NCBI RefSeq assembly: GCF_041956535.1
Contig: NW_027192192.1
Span: 623,796 to 687,795, forward strand
Source of the DNA: Calcarisporiella thermophila CBS 279.70
Taxonomy: Eukaryota; Fungi; Calcarisporiellomycota
DNA: 64,000 bases
Direction of reading: 5' to 3'
Shown here: positions 1 through 11,920 of the stretch, piece after piece
Layout: every line of letters begins with the position of its first letter
How positions within the stretch are numbered: position 1 is the stretch's first letter
Program-made: the position numbers and the translations under genes
The notes under the pieces: generated by a model
The model's input: the letters and a program-made list of their open reading frames with translations, nothing else
The model's database searches: none
Told to the model about the DNA's origin: nothing

Positions 1-1022
1 AATTCGTAGAGACATGCAGCCTTATTTGCCCCATATCCAATGAAACGTTCATCACACCAAGGTGCATTTCGTGATTTATAAATGACGTATGGTTCATAAT
101 TAAATTGATATGCCTCGACACGATACGGTTCGCGACTATTGTACCATTTTGAATAATTCGTAGGCTGGTGGCCTTTCTGCCACCTACGATGAAACATATC
201 AATTCTTCCGTCGTGAGCAAGTTGGATAAGGCTCTCTTTGTTCGCCGGGAAAGTCGTCGAGTCAAGACCATCTTCTTGCGCTACGAACTCAAAGGCGGGT
301 AAAACAAGTGCAATTTCACCCATTGCTAATCTTCTTTGAATATCACTGTTTTCACGAATGGCGCGCCGGAAATCAGTGCACACGTGAAAATCTACATCCA
401 GCATTAATGTGTAATCTGTCCGCGCGTAAATCCGCGCAACATTTCGCCACATATTAAATTGGCGTTCGAATGGATCCATTACTAGATGTATATCAACGAA
501 TTCAACCATAAACGGGTTATCGGCATACAAGTCACGAATGCTGTCCAGCAGCTTTTGTTGTGAGGAATCATTTTTGACATGAATGGCGACAGAAATTGGC
601 CCTATAGTTAAACATACAGAAGATCGGTACTTTTTATAAAATTCATAAAAGTAAATATAACTTTTACCTTGATAATTCGTTACTAATCGACTAAAAACTT
701 CAAATCGATCTTGAGTAACTTGTGTTGCAATAGTAATATCTTCTCCATCTGGTATCTTACGCGCTTTCATATAGTACGGTATTACTTTAGAAGGGCCCAT
801 CGCGCTTGAGAATGCCTTGGCCATGTAAAGATCTTCAGACATTTCATTAACACTATTTCCTTCTGTTGAGAATGGATGTTGATCCCGTATCTTGAGTATT
901 TCAGTTGGGCGGTAGAATGCGAGCAATTGATGAGCAGTATATAGGAGAGAAGCCATTATATAGAGAAGAAAGAGGTACTTTAAAATTTTGCTAAAGGACT
1001 GTGGGATTTCTATGCGCTTCAT
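1..1022 (-). CDS. GT49-family glycosyltransferase (LARGE/B4GAT1-like), type II membrane protein; 3' end runs off the window
   Basis: Manual translation from ATG 1022: MKRIEIP..., N-terminal TM (YLFLLYIMASLLY), DITIATQVTQDRF, GPISVAIHV, FNMWRNVAR, DxD motif MLDVDF, ALVLPAFE, YEPYVI, PWCDERFIGYGANKAAC. Intron ~602-667. Absent from the ORF track because no stop lies inside the window. Confidence 0.85.
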   Translation of the reverse strand, partial: MKRIEIPQSFSKILKYLFLLYIMASLLYTAHQLLAFYRPTEILKIRDQHPFSTEGNSVNEMSEDLYMAKAFSSAMGPSKVIPYYMKARKIPDGEDITIATQVTQDRFEVFSRLVTNYQGKSYIYFYEFYKKYRSSVCLTIGPISVAIHVKNDSSQQKLLDSIRDLYADNPFMVEFVDIHLVMDPFERQFNMWRNVARIYARTDYTLMLDVDFHVCTDFRRAIRENSDIQRRLAMGEIALVLPAFEFVAQEDGLDSTTFPANKESLIQLAHDGRIDMFHRRWQKGHQPTNYSKWYNSREPYRVEAYQFNYEPYVIYKSRNAPWCDERFIGYGANKAACLYE

Positions 1023-2333
1023 TATTGTAATAATTGAATTTAGAATATATAAGAAATAGTATAGAGGAGGGATAGAATATAATTAATGCGGAATGAAAGA
1101 ATGAGGGAGAGGGGGGAAATAAGGTATACTTATACGGAATTAAGCGTGAAATGATAAATGATGCAAAAAAAAGGAAGAGAAGAAGAGTATACCAGATTTA
1201 TAAGGGACTGATGTAAAATGGGAAGGAAAGTAAATCAATATAGGTATTAAGAGACTTAAGAGGATATATGAACAAAACAGGATATTTGAAAGAAATGGGA
1301 CGGTCCTAGCCAACACCCAATAAATGAACAGATCTAGATATATTTAAGAAGACTCTTTAGATTTTTTTCAGCTGCGACTATCTGTAAAATAGAGCAAGTG
1401 GCTTTATCAATTTCAATACCACCTAATGTTTTGAGAGTACCAGCACTTTTGGCAGTTCTCTGTCCCCAACATACTTTTACAAACTCTAGGCCACTTCAAC
1501 AAGCTAGCTTTACTAATAAATGATTTCTTTCACCTTTTTTCTATTCAAATTTTACAAAATTAGAGTCGAATATGAATCAATGGTTTTGACAAAGCCATAG
1601 CCTATCCCATTTTATCGTTTTCTAAGTTCAGTAAATTTCATATTTCTTTAAAAAAGAATCTATTAGATTATCTTCAGCTCTAGCCATCAATCATTGATAG
1701 ATTTTGAGAATTTTGAAGTTTGAATAATGTGCCTAATCTTTAATTCTGTCATAAGCTAAACTATTGAGCCTATCTAAGTATCTATAAAAGGACTTTCAAT
1801 CCAGCATCAAAATATTATTATCCATTATTTCTTTTTCCCATTTTATAATCGCTTTTTTTGCACGAAAGAAACCTCAAAGAGTAATCCTTGCTTTGATCAC
1901 AATCAATATTTTAATTTATTTACTCGCGCAATTATTACTCCTTGATTCTCTCTCATTTTGACAATTACTTTTTTTGTTTTTCGAGCAATGGTTAGCTTTA
2001 CAATTCTGGCTGAATACTTCCAGTTTATTTTTCTTTGTATTAGAAAAATATGTCTCTCTATTCATAAATCTCAAAGATATAAATCAAAATCACTATTTCA
2101 GATATATCCTATAATTTTAATGATCTGTAATAAAAGCGGATGATATATGAAGATTACAACCATAAACATAAAAGAAACATAATATAACTTAGATATAAGC
2201 ATGAAATATTCGTTAGAAATTCGGCATTTCCTGAAAATTCAATCTTGTGACTTTCTTTTGGTGGCTTAAGCCTAATATTGCAAAACAAAAACAAAGGGAT
2301 ACTTGCTTTTATTTCGATTATTTTCAAACAATC

Positions 2334-3275
2334 ATGCCGGTGGAGGAACTAACAGAATCAAAAAAGCGAAAATTGCACGAGGAAGATGATAAAGCTCATG
2401 ATAAGAAAAAGCAGAAGTCGGAGAAAAAGAGGAAAGAAAAACACAAGGACAACGAATTGAAGGAAAAGAAAAAGAAAAAAGAAAAGAAGAACAAGAAAAG
2501 CAAACACAAGGATGAGGTGGCTTCAAATAATGCACAGATATTGCCAGAACAAGCATCACCACTATATCAATCGACAGTGAAACTTTATATCCATCTCCCC
2601 CCACGATATGCGATCGATCCGCTACAAGGCATTTATGAACAATTAAATGCGATGTTGATGAAGTACTTTAATTTTGGTAATACCTAATGCATATAATTCT
2701 AACAATATTTTCTCTACTAGATATGTACCCCAAGTAGAAGGAGTCATCCTTTCATATGACCAGGTTAAATTCTTAACTCGGAAGGCAAGAATTATTAATG
2801 AGGCCCCATTTTGTCATTTTTGGATATCTGTCAAGCTACTCCTTTGGAGGCCTTCCATCGGCATGCGTTTAAGTAAATTACCTTTGTTTTTTCAAGCAGT
2901 TGATAGTTCTTTATATCAATAACTTGTTATGTAAATATAGCTGGGACAATCAGCGTGCAGTCTCCTGGTCATATTGGCCTTGTTCTCTACGGAACATTCA
3001 ACGCTTCGATCCCTCTTAACCAAATCCCAAGCGATGTATATGAATGGCGCCCCGGAGATGATAGTATTGATGCTAAGGGCGAATGGGTCAACAAATTAAC
3101 AGGGAAAGGACTTATTGATGAGGGCGATGGAACTTTGGAATTCACAGTAGTCATGTAAGCATTTCGCGACTATTCCGGCTGCTATTTAGTTTTTTTTAAC
3201 TGATTATCTTATCACATATATAGTGTCGAACATGGAAATAATACACTTCAAGTTACAGGATCATTGAAACGCTGA
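2334..3275 (+). CDS. RPA43: RNA polymerase I subunit RPA43 (Lys-rich N-terminus), 4 exons
   Basis: KLYIHLPPRY...EQLNAMLMKY, GVILSYD, PFCHFWISVKLLLWRP, QSPGHIGLVLYGTFNASIP; spliced across ORFs 2247, 2674 and 2955; ends LQVTGSLKR*. Confidence 0.9.
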
Positions 3276-3469
3276 CATTGTATGATCTATATTATTCTCA
3301 TTTTATTCTTTATTGTGTATTATTTTTTTCTTCCGAAATAAACTCCATTTTCTAAATTTAATTTTTCTTTTTTCGCATAATTAGGTGGCTTTTTGTGTGT
3401 CGTTCATATCTATTGATTTTGTTTTATAGTTTCATCATCATCAAAATTGTTTCTTTACTTCCAAACGAA

Positions 3470-4857
3470 ATGCTAGCTGCAGAGACGACAAAGGTTTGTA
3501 TAGATTTTTTATACCTTTAAAGTGTTCCTCCTACTGTTTGTTTGTTAAGATAACATCCCGCTAATAAAAGGAGTTTGCCACCATCCAATAGGTTAATCTC
3601 AATGGCTATGTGGGTTTCGACACAATAACTAGGCAAATTGAAAAAAAGCTTTTAAAGAGGGGGTTTCAATTTAATGTCATGGTGGTTGGTAAGTTCAAAT
3701 TCCGTTTGGTTCAATCTATTGCGATGAAATACCGAGACCCCACCACTTTTTATAGGTCAATCAGGCCTGGGCAAATCCACACTTATCAACACCATCTTCG
3801 CTGCACATCTAATCGATAGCAAAGGGCGCATATTGGCCTCGGAACCGCCGCGTCAGACTACTGAAATACAAGTTGTGTCGCATATTATTGAGGAGAATGG
3901 TGTGCGTTTGAAGTTAAACATCGTGGATACTCCAGGATATGGAGACCAAGTGAATAATGAGAATTGGTAAATGAATTTATTTTAAGAAAGTATGGCACTT
4001 GACTTGAGCAGTAATGCATTTCTAGTTGGGAACAAATCATAAAATACATCAAAGACCAGCATTCAGCTTATCTGCGAAAAGAGCTCACTGCGCAGCGTGA
4101 TCGTTATATTCAAGATACTCGTATTCATTGCTGTCTCTTCTTCATTACACCTACGGGCCATTCTCTTAAACCAATTGACATTGTTGTCCTGAAGAAGCTG
4201 TCAGAGGTGGTAAACGTTGTGCCAGTGATAGCCAAAAGCGATTCCTTGACTATGGATGAACGTATTGCATTCAAAAAGCGAGTAAGCTATCATCATTTTA
4301 TTGAAACTTCTTTTTTATACTTGTTCAAATGCAATTGATATTCAATTATCTTATTTCTAGATTAAGCAAGAGATGGCATTTCACAATATTAATATATACC
4401 CATTTGAAAGCGATGAAGATTATGAGCAAGAGAGAACGCTTAATGAAAGCATTAAGGTAAGTTAAACATTCGATATGATCATTGGGAGATATAGATTGAA
4501 TCAGAAGTAAATTAGGCGATGATCCCATTTGCGATTGTTGGCTCGGAGCGCAGTGTCGTTATTGATGGCAAATCTGTGCGCGGCCGCCGTACAAAGTGGG
4601 GCATTATTAATGTTGAAGATGAGTCGCACTGCGAGTTTGTACACTTACGTAATTTCCTCACAAGGACCCACCTTCAAGATCTTATTGAGACGACAGCTCA
4701 GATACATTATGAGGCATTTAGATCAAAACAGCTTATGGCTCTGAAGGAGGCGACAGGACCAGCTCCTTCACAGCTACAACAGCAACAATTTGGATCTGCT
4801 GCTCCTCCTCCACCACCACATTTTTATAACGCTGCACAGAACAGCAGGGTTCATTGA
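3470..4857 (+). CDS. CDC10: Septin, Cdc10/AspD group (no C-terminal coiled coil)
   Basis: [71 protein letters not shown]. Confidence 0.92.
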
Positions 4858-5303
4858 ACAGGATAAAATTTACAATTTTTTTATTTGGTGTTTCTGTTTA
4901 ATTTTTTTCAAATTTTTATAATCTTAAGTTTGTGAATTTTTGATATCATCCATTATTTCTAGTTTGATTCCGTTGGTTTTTCAATTTTATTACTTTGTTT
5001 AACACCCTTTTTTGTCATTTTATCCTCTCATTCCCTTAGTTACTCTATCATTGCATTTTCGTTATGTTTTGTTTGTCCATACTATATCTCTTTGATTTTG
5101 AGCATTAAAGGGTATATTGCGTAGTCCAAAATTATTACCAGTTATACAAAATAAAAAATCTGTCCATTATCATAAAAATGTCCATAAGCCAATCGAAAAT
5201 ATAAGAAAAATAATTCAATTGTTTAGTGCCACTGTATAGCGTCTGTTTTTAACTTAAATCTAAACAAATCGCCTCCTAGTTTAACCTGATGACATACCGG
5301 GTT

Positions 5304-7510
5304 TCAAGAATTTTTGGATATAATTTGGTGTCGTCTCTCAATAGGACATTCTCGCGTCTGTAAAGAGTCGGTGCGAGGATAAAAGTGCCAGGGGTTTATA
5401 TGGCTGTCAAGCGTACATGGTTGCTCCGTTTGACCAAATTTTCTCACTCTTTCTGCAACAGAGTCTTTGATTGTCCCTTCAATGGATAATATTGCTTCAC
5501 TTTTTTTCGCTGCTTCAGGAATATTGTTACAAGTGTTCTTCACCCACGCTATAGACTCTATTCTGTCGGGTCTCAACGCTATCTTATTTTCCGTAATTTC
5601 AGACTTCATTCGAAGATTGGGTGCATTATAAAAAAACACCAAAACTCCAGCTACGGCTGAGACAAAAGACTGAAAAGTAAGGGCAGCTGAGAGGTTATTA
5701 GGAGGAGTGCCGTTAGGATCACGTAGTTTATCTTCGATAACTATGAATATCACGGCGAATATTTGGGATATCTGCCACAGGATAGAGGTTGAAAGGGATT
5801 CAGAACAAGGGTAGGTGCCTAAAAATAATAATCTTGAATTATTATTTTTTCTTTAACGAATCGCTTAATCCAATTACATTCTGCTCCAAGCTCCAGTGTA
5901 ATTGGCACCTGTACCATTGTAGCAATCCCATTGAAAGCTATATTAATCAAGATAGAGCAAAAAGAGTTTGGACCAATTGTCCAGCAAAATGCGATATAGC
6001 TCACTGCCATAAGGGGTGCAAAGACTTTGAGAAAAGTCTTATGTGAACCAGTTCTGTCGACGATAGGGCCCGTCACAACTATTTTAAGTGGGCTGATTAT
6101 TACAATATTTTAGGAAAAACTATTGTGTGGCAATATTGCTTACGCATCCCAAGTGCTCCAGCTCCAATCATTACAAAACCAATTACCCCAACTGATTGAT
6201 CACTGTATCCATGCGGTGATATTATCTGATTCATCAATGTGGTGAAGGCTGTACTTAGACCCATGTTAATGCTGAATATAGCGACCAACAGCCAGAAGCT
6301 TCTATTCCGAATAATCATTTTAATGCCATCGCGAAATGGTAGTCGTTTAGCTGGGTCATTGGGATTTTCGGTGTGTTCCAATTGAGGGCGTAGTGGCATG
6401 AAAAAAGTAAGTAGAGTAGCAGTTAGAGCGATCAGCGTAAGAGTCAGTAACTACGATTATTGAAAATGTTAGAAAATTAGATACGATTCTATAAATTCCA
6501 TAAAAATACCATGAACGGAATGCTCTCAGAGTTCGGAGCGAGATATGGTATAAGTAAAAGTGCAGCTGACATCCCGACAGGAAGTGCTACAATAATTTTA
6601 ATTATTAAAATGCATTGGTGTTCACAAAATGAAATACTTACTAGCAACCATATTAGCTGTTACTCTCGATTTAGAGTCAAACCATATTCCAACAAACTTA
6701 GTTTAAATGTTAGCATTAGAGTAGTTCTGTAATACTGTAAGGAAACTATAATAAAATCCTTACTCTGGTCGTTGCATTTAATGCCAAAGGATTTGTGCAA
6801 CTACATATTAACTATTTGCTTAAAATAGTGTCAAGTGAATGAATGATACATGCAATCATTTTTTTTTACCTGACCAATAAATAGCATAGCATATCGGAAA
6901 CCGGGATCTTGTAGATATGTAGAAAAGTATCGAATACCACAACCGGTTGAACTGAACAAACCAGCAAAAGTCATCTGAAATTATACTGCGTTAATATAAT
7001 CATTATTATTTTTTTCATCCAATGGGCACAAATATTTACCACTTTCTTGATTCCATATCGATCATAAATATAAGAGGTAAACGAGCTTATAATCACATAC
7101 ATTATTGCTGTCGCATTGCCAAGCCAATTAATGGCGGTAAATGATACATTAAAGAACTTCACTGAAGATGCGCTCACAACGGCGAAAGAGAGCCATGTCA
7201 TGCTACCACATGCTGTCACTAGCACTATTACTATCAGTCCCCACCAAGCGGCCAAAGTTGTTTTGGGTGGATGATATCTTGGTGGTATTGGTGTATCTAA
7301 ATCAACTGAGGAGTTGGGTGATATAAACTTTTGAGATGATAAAGGATGTAGCTCCGAAGAAAGAATAAACGTAGGGTTTAAAGGAGGAAACATGGAATCT
7401 CTATCAACCGCCGGCCTCGATATATTGTCAAGAGGGTCTAAATCTGAGCCTTCGCTTGTATAGGAAGAGTTTTTAAAAGAATCATAATATAATATGTCTA
7501 CGCAAGTCAT
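5304..7510 (-). CDS. MFS transporter, FLVCR/MFSD7 (SLC49)-like
   Basis: MTWLSFA, AINWLGN, YIYDRYGIK, GPIVDRTG, VPITLELGAEC..YP motifs; many hydrophobic segments over several exons. Confidence 0.8.
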
Positions 7511-7995
7511 CTAATAATATGAGCTTTTTCAAGCAAACAAAGAATAAGGAGCTGGAGAACTATGCAAAACGTTTAAAGAACATAGCGAGACCCTGTTATA
7601 GAAAACAATATAGCCTATACTTAATGGCAATGATAATTCATAGGCTATTGTGTATCTAATCTTTTGTAGGTGAAAATTGATAGTAAAACTAGAAGGTAAG
7701 CAAATTAATAAAATAGAAGAGTTATAAAAAATATAAAAATGAAATAAAAGTTTGTCTACTTTGCAATATTTCATCAAATGAGCGTATTTAGAAATTATGT
7801 TTAGCGATCTCATAGCCGGAGTTAAAATTTAATCAGTAATCGGCTATAATCTAAATGTTAATGCTGAATTTTCAGAAATTAAATTGCAAGTATTAAAGAT
7901 TGGCCGAATTCAGTCATATAAAAAATATGGAGATAATAAATGCGTATATTTTTAAATACAAAAAGTCTTTAACCACAATGCGGGACAATGTGCGA

Positions 7996-9106
7996 TCATC
8001 TTACTCGCTTCCCCATTACTTTTGACAAAATACTCATCGATTTTTCTTTTTCTTCGTTTGGATCAGTGACATCAGGATCAAACTATTAGTAAAAAAATAT
8101 AAATATTGAGCTGCAAAATAAGCATATCCAAGTGCTTTACCTTTCGTTTAACGCCTTTAATCTTTGGCTCCCCTTCTAATTTTTTGTCAAATTTGCCCAT
8201 GCTTGCAGTTGAAAGCTTAGACACCGCTATAGAAGCTTGTAATTGTTTCTTACGTTCCTCTCGAGGATTCAGTCCTTTATTAATGGCCGCTGCTTCTTCC
8301 TCATTTCGCCGTTGTCGTTTTTTATTTTTATCGATTCGTTCCTTCTTGGCTTCCTTGCGTTTCTCATATTGATCTTCCATAGGATCTAATAACACAGATA
8401 TATGAGTGATAACATAACACCAAATCGGATAATACAGCCAAAACTTGCCAGCATTGCCGGGCACTTCAATGAGCCAATCTTTGGTATCGTCATTAGCACG
8501 GCCATAGCCCCACTGAGGCTTCCATTCTCCCGTTGCTTCATCAAATACCATGCGCTCCTTCTTCTTCTTCTGTATGCCTTTGGATTTGGCAAACTTCTCC
8601 CATCTAGTAAGAGGTTTGGCTTGAGGAAGCTAATATGGCAACGAAGAAAAATTAATCAGAGCTGAATTATTGTTAAACTGACTCGACTTACCGGCTTTTC
8701 GCGAGGAAGAACTGTTGTACGTTCCGGAAGTTGTGCCAAGACACCATCGTCATTCGAAATTATAGGCTGAGAGAAGATCTTATTTACCAGGAGCTGCGTA
8801 CCATCGCGGGTATACTCCTTCAAATAAGCCTCCGTTTGATTTCTAAAAATAGCTTTAAAAATTAGCAATTTCCATGTAATAGATGCTAAATATTAAAGGC
8901 ATACCTTAACCGATCCTCATCGAGTGAATTGAGATCATAAGCTGCAAGAAGAGCCAGGTCAAATTCCAGTGGTATATCCTTCTCTACTTCTATTGTTTTA
9001 CTATAGGGATGAAAATTAACATATATCAAGTGAGACAGCAATATATGGACTTAGTGTACACCTACTATTTAGCTTTGTGAGCTTCGAGTGCTGCTGATAC
9101 ATCCAT
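7996..9106 (-). CDS. RRS1: Ribosome biogenesis regulatory protein Rrs1
   Basis: LEFDLALLAAYD, TRDGTQLLVN, LPREKP, TRWEKFA, FDEATGEWKPQWGY, STASMGKFDKKL. Confidence 0.93.
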
Positions 9107-9324
9107 ATTTTAGTTTATTCAAAGAGCAACGACACCGCCCTTTTCCATTTAGTGACTACAATGGGCATGTGGCTTATTATTTACAGGTTGACTTACGAAA
9201 TTATCAGTCACACTGTGTTGACAGTTGAAAAAAACGGGGAGGCAAAATAATTCTGTAATATCTCTTTATCTTTTATTTTTCCGCTTGCACATATTTTCCT
9301 GCTTAACTTAAACATCGGTATATA
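9107..9324. promoter_or_regulatory. 218-bp bidirectional promoter shared by RRS1 and DDX21, with a Homol-D box (CAGTCACA 9205-9212)
   Basis: Head-to-head ATGs at 9106 (-) and 9325 (+); CAGTCACA, AGTGACT (9151), GTGGCT (9169) and TGAAAAAAA (~9226) read directly. Confidence 0.6.
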
Positions 9325-11489
9325 ATGCCTAGTCTTATTAGCGAGCGTGAGGAAAATACGGATATGTCAGTAGGAGCTTCCTTAGAAAAGATCTCGAGCA
9401 AAAAACGAGAAGAGAAGAAAGAGAAAAAAGAGAAAAAGGAAAAGAAGGAAAAGAAGGAAAAGAGGGAAAAGAAGGATGACGGGGAGGAAAAGAAGAAGAA
9501 GCGTAAGCATGTTTCATCGGATTCTGAGAGTGAAGTGCCAGCAGAGAAGAAGAAGAAGATAGACGACGATGCATGCTTGGAGATAAAGAAGTCTAAAGAA
9601 CCAGCCGCCGACGATAAGTTTAAACTTACTAACTACAGAATTTGTCCTTCCACTCTCGATGCCCTCGAAAAACGTGGTGTCAAAGCTCTGTTTCCAATTC
9701 AAGCATCTACGTTCGACGCAATTTTTGATGGGAAAGATGTACTTGGCCGAGCAAAAACAGGAACTGGAAAGACGCTTGCATTTGCCCTCCCAATTACAGA
9801 ACGATTAAAAGCAGAAGGGGACCAATGTTTCCGCAAAAGAGGGAGGGCTCCCAGAGCAATTATACTTGGTAAATATCTACAAAATCAATGTTTATATGCC
9901 TCCCCAAAGTAACTTATTGTTGATCTTGTATAGCCCCGACAAGAGACCTTGCCAAGCAGGTTGCCAGTGATTTCCAGAGCATTGGTTGTGGTATGGTCGT
10001 CCTCACGATTTATGGTGGAGTACCATACGAGCCTCAATATCAAGCAATGCGAGATGGCGTTGACGTTGTAGTCGGCACTCCTGGCCGAGTGCTTGATCAC
10101 ATTGACCGTGGCAATTTGAGATTAAATGACGTGCGGTTTATTTGCCTAGACGAAGCAGACCAAATGTTAGATATTGGATTTGCTGACTCGATGGATAAAG
10201 TATTGCAGCATATACGTGACCAAAAACAGTCAAGACCGGATGCTCCTCCACATCAAACTCTCCTTTTTTCGGCCACCGTACCTGCATGGGTCAGGGAGAC
10301 AATCCGCAAATATCTCAAGCCGGATTATGCGAGTTTCGATTTGATTGGCTCTGAGCAGCAAAAAACGAATGAGAATATCAAACACTACTCCATTGCAAGC
10401 AGTTGGAATTCACGCCGGGATATAATTGGTGACGTGGTAACGGTATATGGCGGTGGAGACGGGCTAGCAGTTATTTTTACAAACACTAAAGCGGAAGCAA
10501 ATGAACTTGCGCTAAATGACAAACTCAAGAACGATTGCCAGGTGCTTCATGGTGATATACCCCAGGCAACGCGCGAAATAACACTCAAAGGATTCCGGGA
10601 GCGCAAATTTAAGAGCATCATCTGTACAGATGTGCTGGCTCGTGGTCTCGATATTCCTGAAGTGGACTTAGTTATCAATTGTCAACCGCCAAAGGATGTG
10701 GAAACCTATGTGCATCGCTCTGGGCGATGTGCTCGCGGAAACCGCCGGGGTGCATGTGTCACATTCTATAAACCTCAAGAAAAGAATTTAATGCGTAACA
10801 TTGAACGTGGAACTGGGCTTAAATTCATTGAAGTAGGCGCCCCACAGCCTGAGGATATTGTGCGAGCAACTGGTGAAGGTGCAATGCGACAACTCTCAGA
10901 AGTAAAGCCCGAGGTGTTGCGTTATTTCCGCGATTCTGCTCAAAAACTAATTGATGATAATGGAGCTTTGGATGCTGTGTCGGCCGCATTGGCATATATA
11001 TCTGGTTGCGCAGCAGGTGTAAAGCCACGCTCATTATTAACGGCGAATGAAGGGTGGATCACCTTTGTTTGGCGCAATGCGAACCCTATTCAACACTCAG
11101 GATATTTAAGGGGTATATTTAAGCGTCGCTTCCCTGAACTACAATTTGAAGATACCAAAGGATTCCGGATATCTAAATCGATGTGTGAAGTTGTGTTTGA
11201 CGTTATTGAAGACAAAGTTGAGATCCATGAGGATGGCAAAATATTCTTTGCTGGGACAGAATGGATGGATGATAACTTTATGAAACTTGAGGTTGCTAAG
11301 CTCCCCTTACCTGAACTGGTGGAGCAGAATTATACCAATAGCTCATTCAACGGTCGCGGAAATAGCTATAGCGGTAGCAAAGGCTATGGTGGGAATCGAG
11401 GAAGTGGGTATGGAAGAAACGGCTATGGCAATGGTGGTGGTCGTGGAAGGGGCGGATACTCGAGAGAACAATATAGCAAAAGATACTAA
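9325..11489 (+). CDS. DDX21: DEAD-box nucleolar RNA helicase, DDX21/RH7 type (GUCT-like domain, Gly/Arg-rich tail)
   Basis: LFPIQ, AKTGTGKT, APTRDLA, DEAD, SAT, TDVLARGLD, HRSGR, PRSLLT, RGG-rich tail; one intron ~9868-9932. Confidence 0.88.
9408..9475 (+). repeat. 9-nt coding tandem repeat (EKK)n in the DDX21 N-terminus
   Basis: gaaaagaag/gagaaaaaa units encoding EKKEKKEKKEKKEKKEKREKK. Confidence 0.8.
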
Positions 11490-11920
11490 ATATCCAAAGT
11501 ATTTTTTATGTATTTATTAGATAATCCTAAATATTTACATTGCCCGTACCTTTTTTTTTGTTTCACATTTCACTACATGCAAATTCAGAATACTAAATAA
11601 ATTTAGACAAGCACAAAGCAATAATAGTGTTTAAAATATTTCGGACTGCTTCACTTGTTCAATCCTTCTGACATCTTTTTCAGTAAGATTGCCAAGGTAA
11701 CTTTACTAATTATTAGATTTAAAGAATGTCAAATATATAAGAAAGAAATAAAATACAATAGAGCAGGGCAGAGAAAAGAAAAAGGCTTAGAAAATACACA
11801 TCAGAAAAAAAAAGAGCATATATAAATGAGAAAAATCAAGAAAACAATTACATAAAAATAATTTTAGAAAACGTAAACTCAGAGCTGGAAATATAAATAT
11901 ATTTGAGAGACGGTTAAACG

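Noticed and set aside
602-667. Stop-free in-frame intron in the GT49 gene (similar cases in muskelin and the ANKFN1-like gene)
   Set aside because: Expected by chance for short 3n introns; no evidence of retention.
10713-10737. DDX21 motif VI variant HRSGRCAR
   Set aside because: Catalytic His and Arg residues are retained; minor variation.
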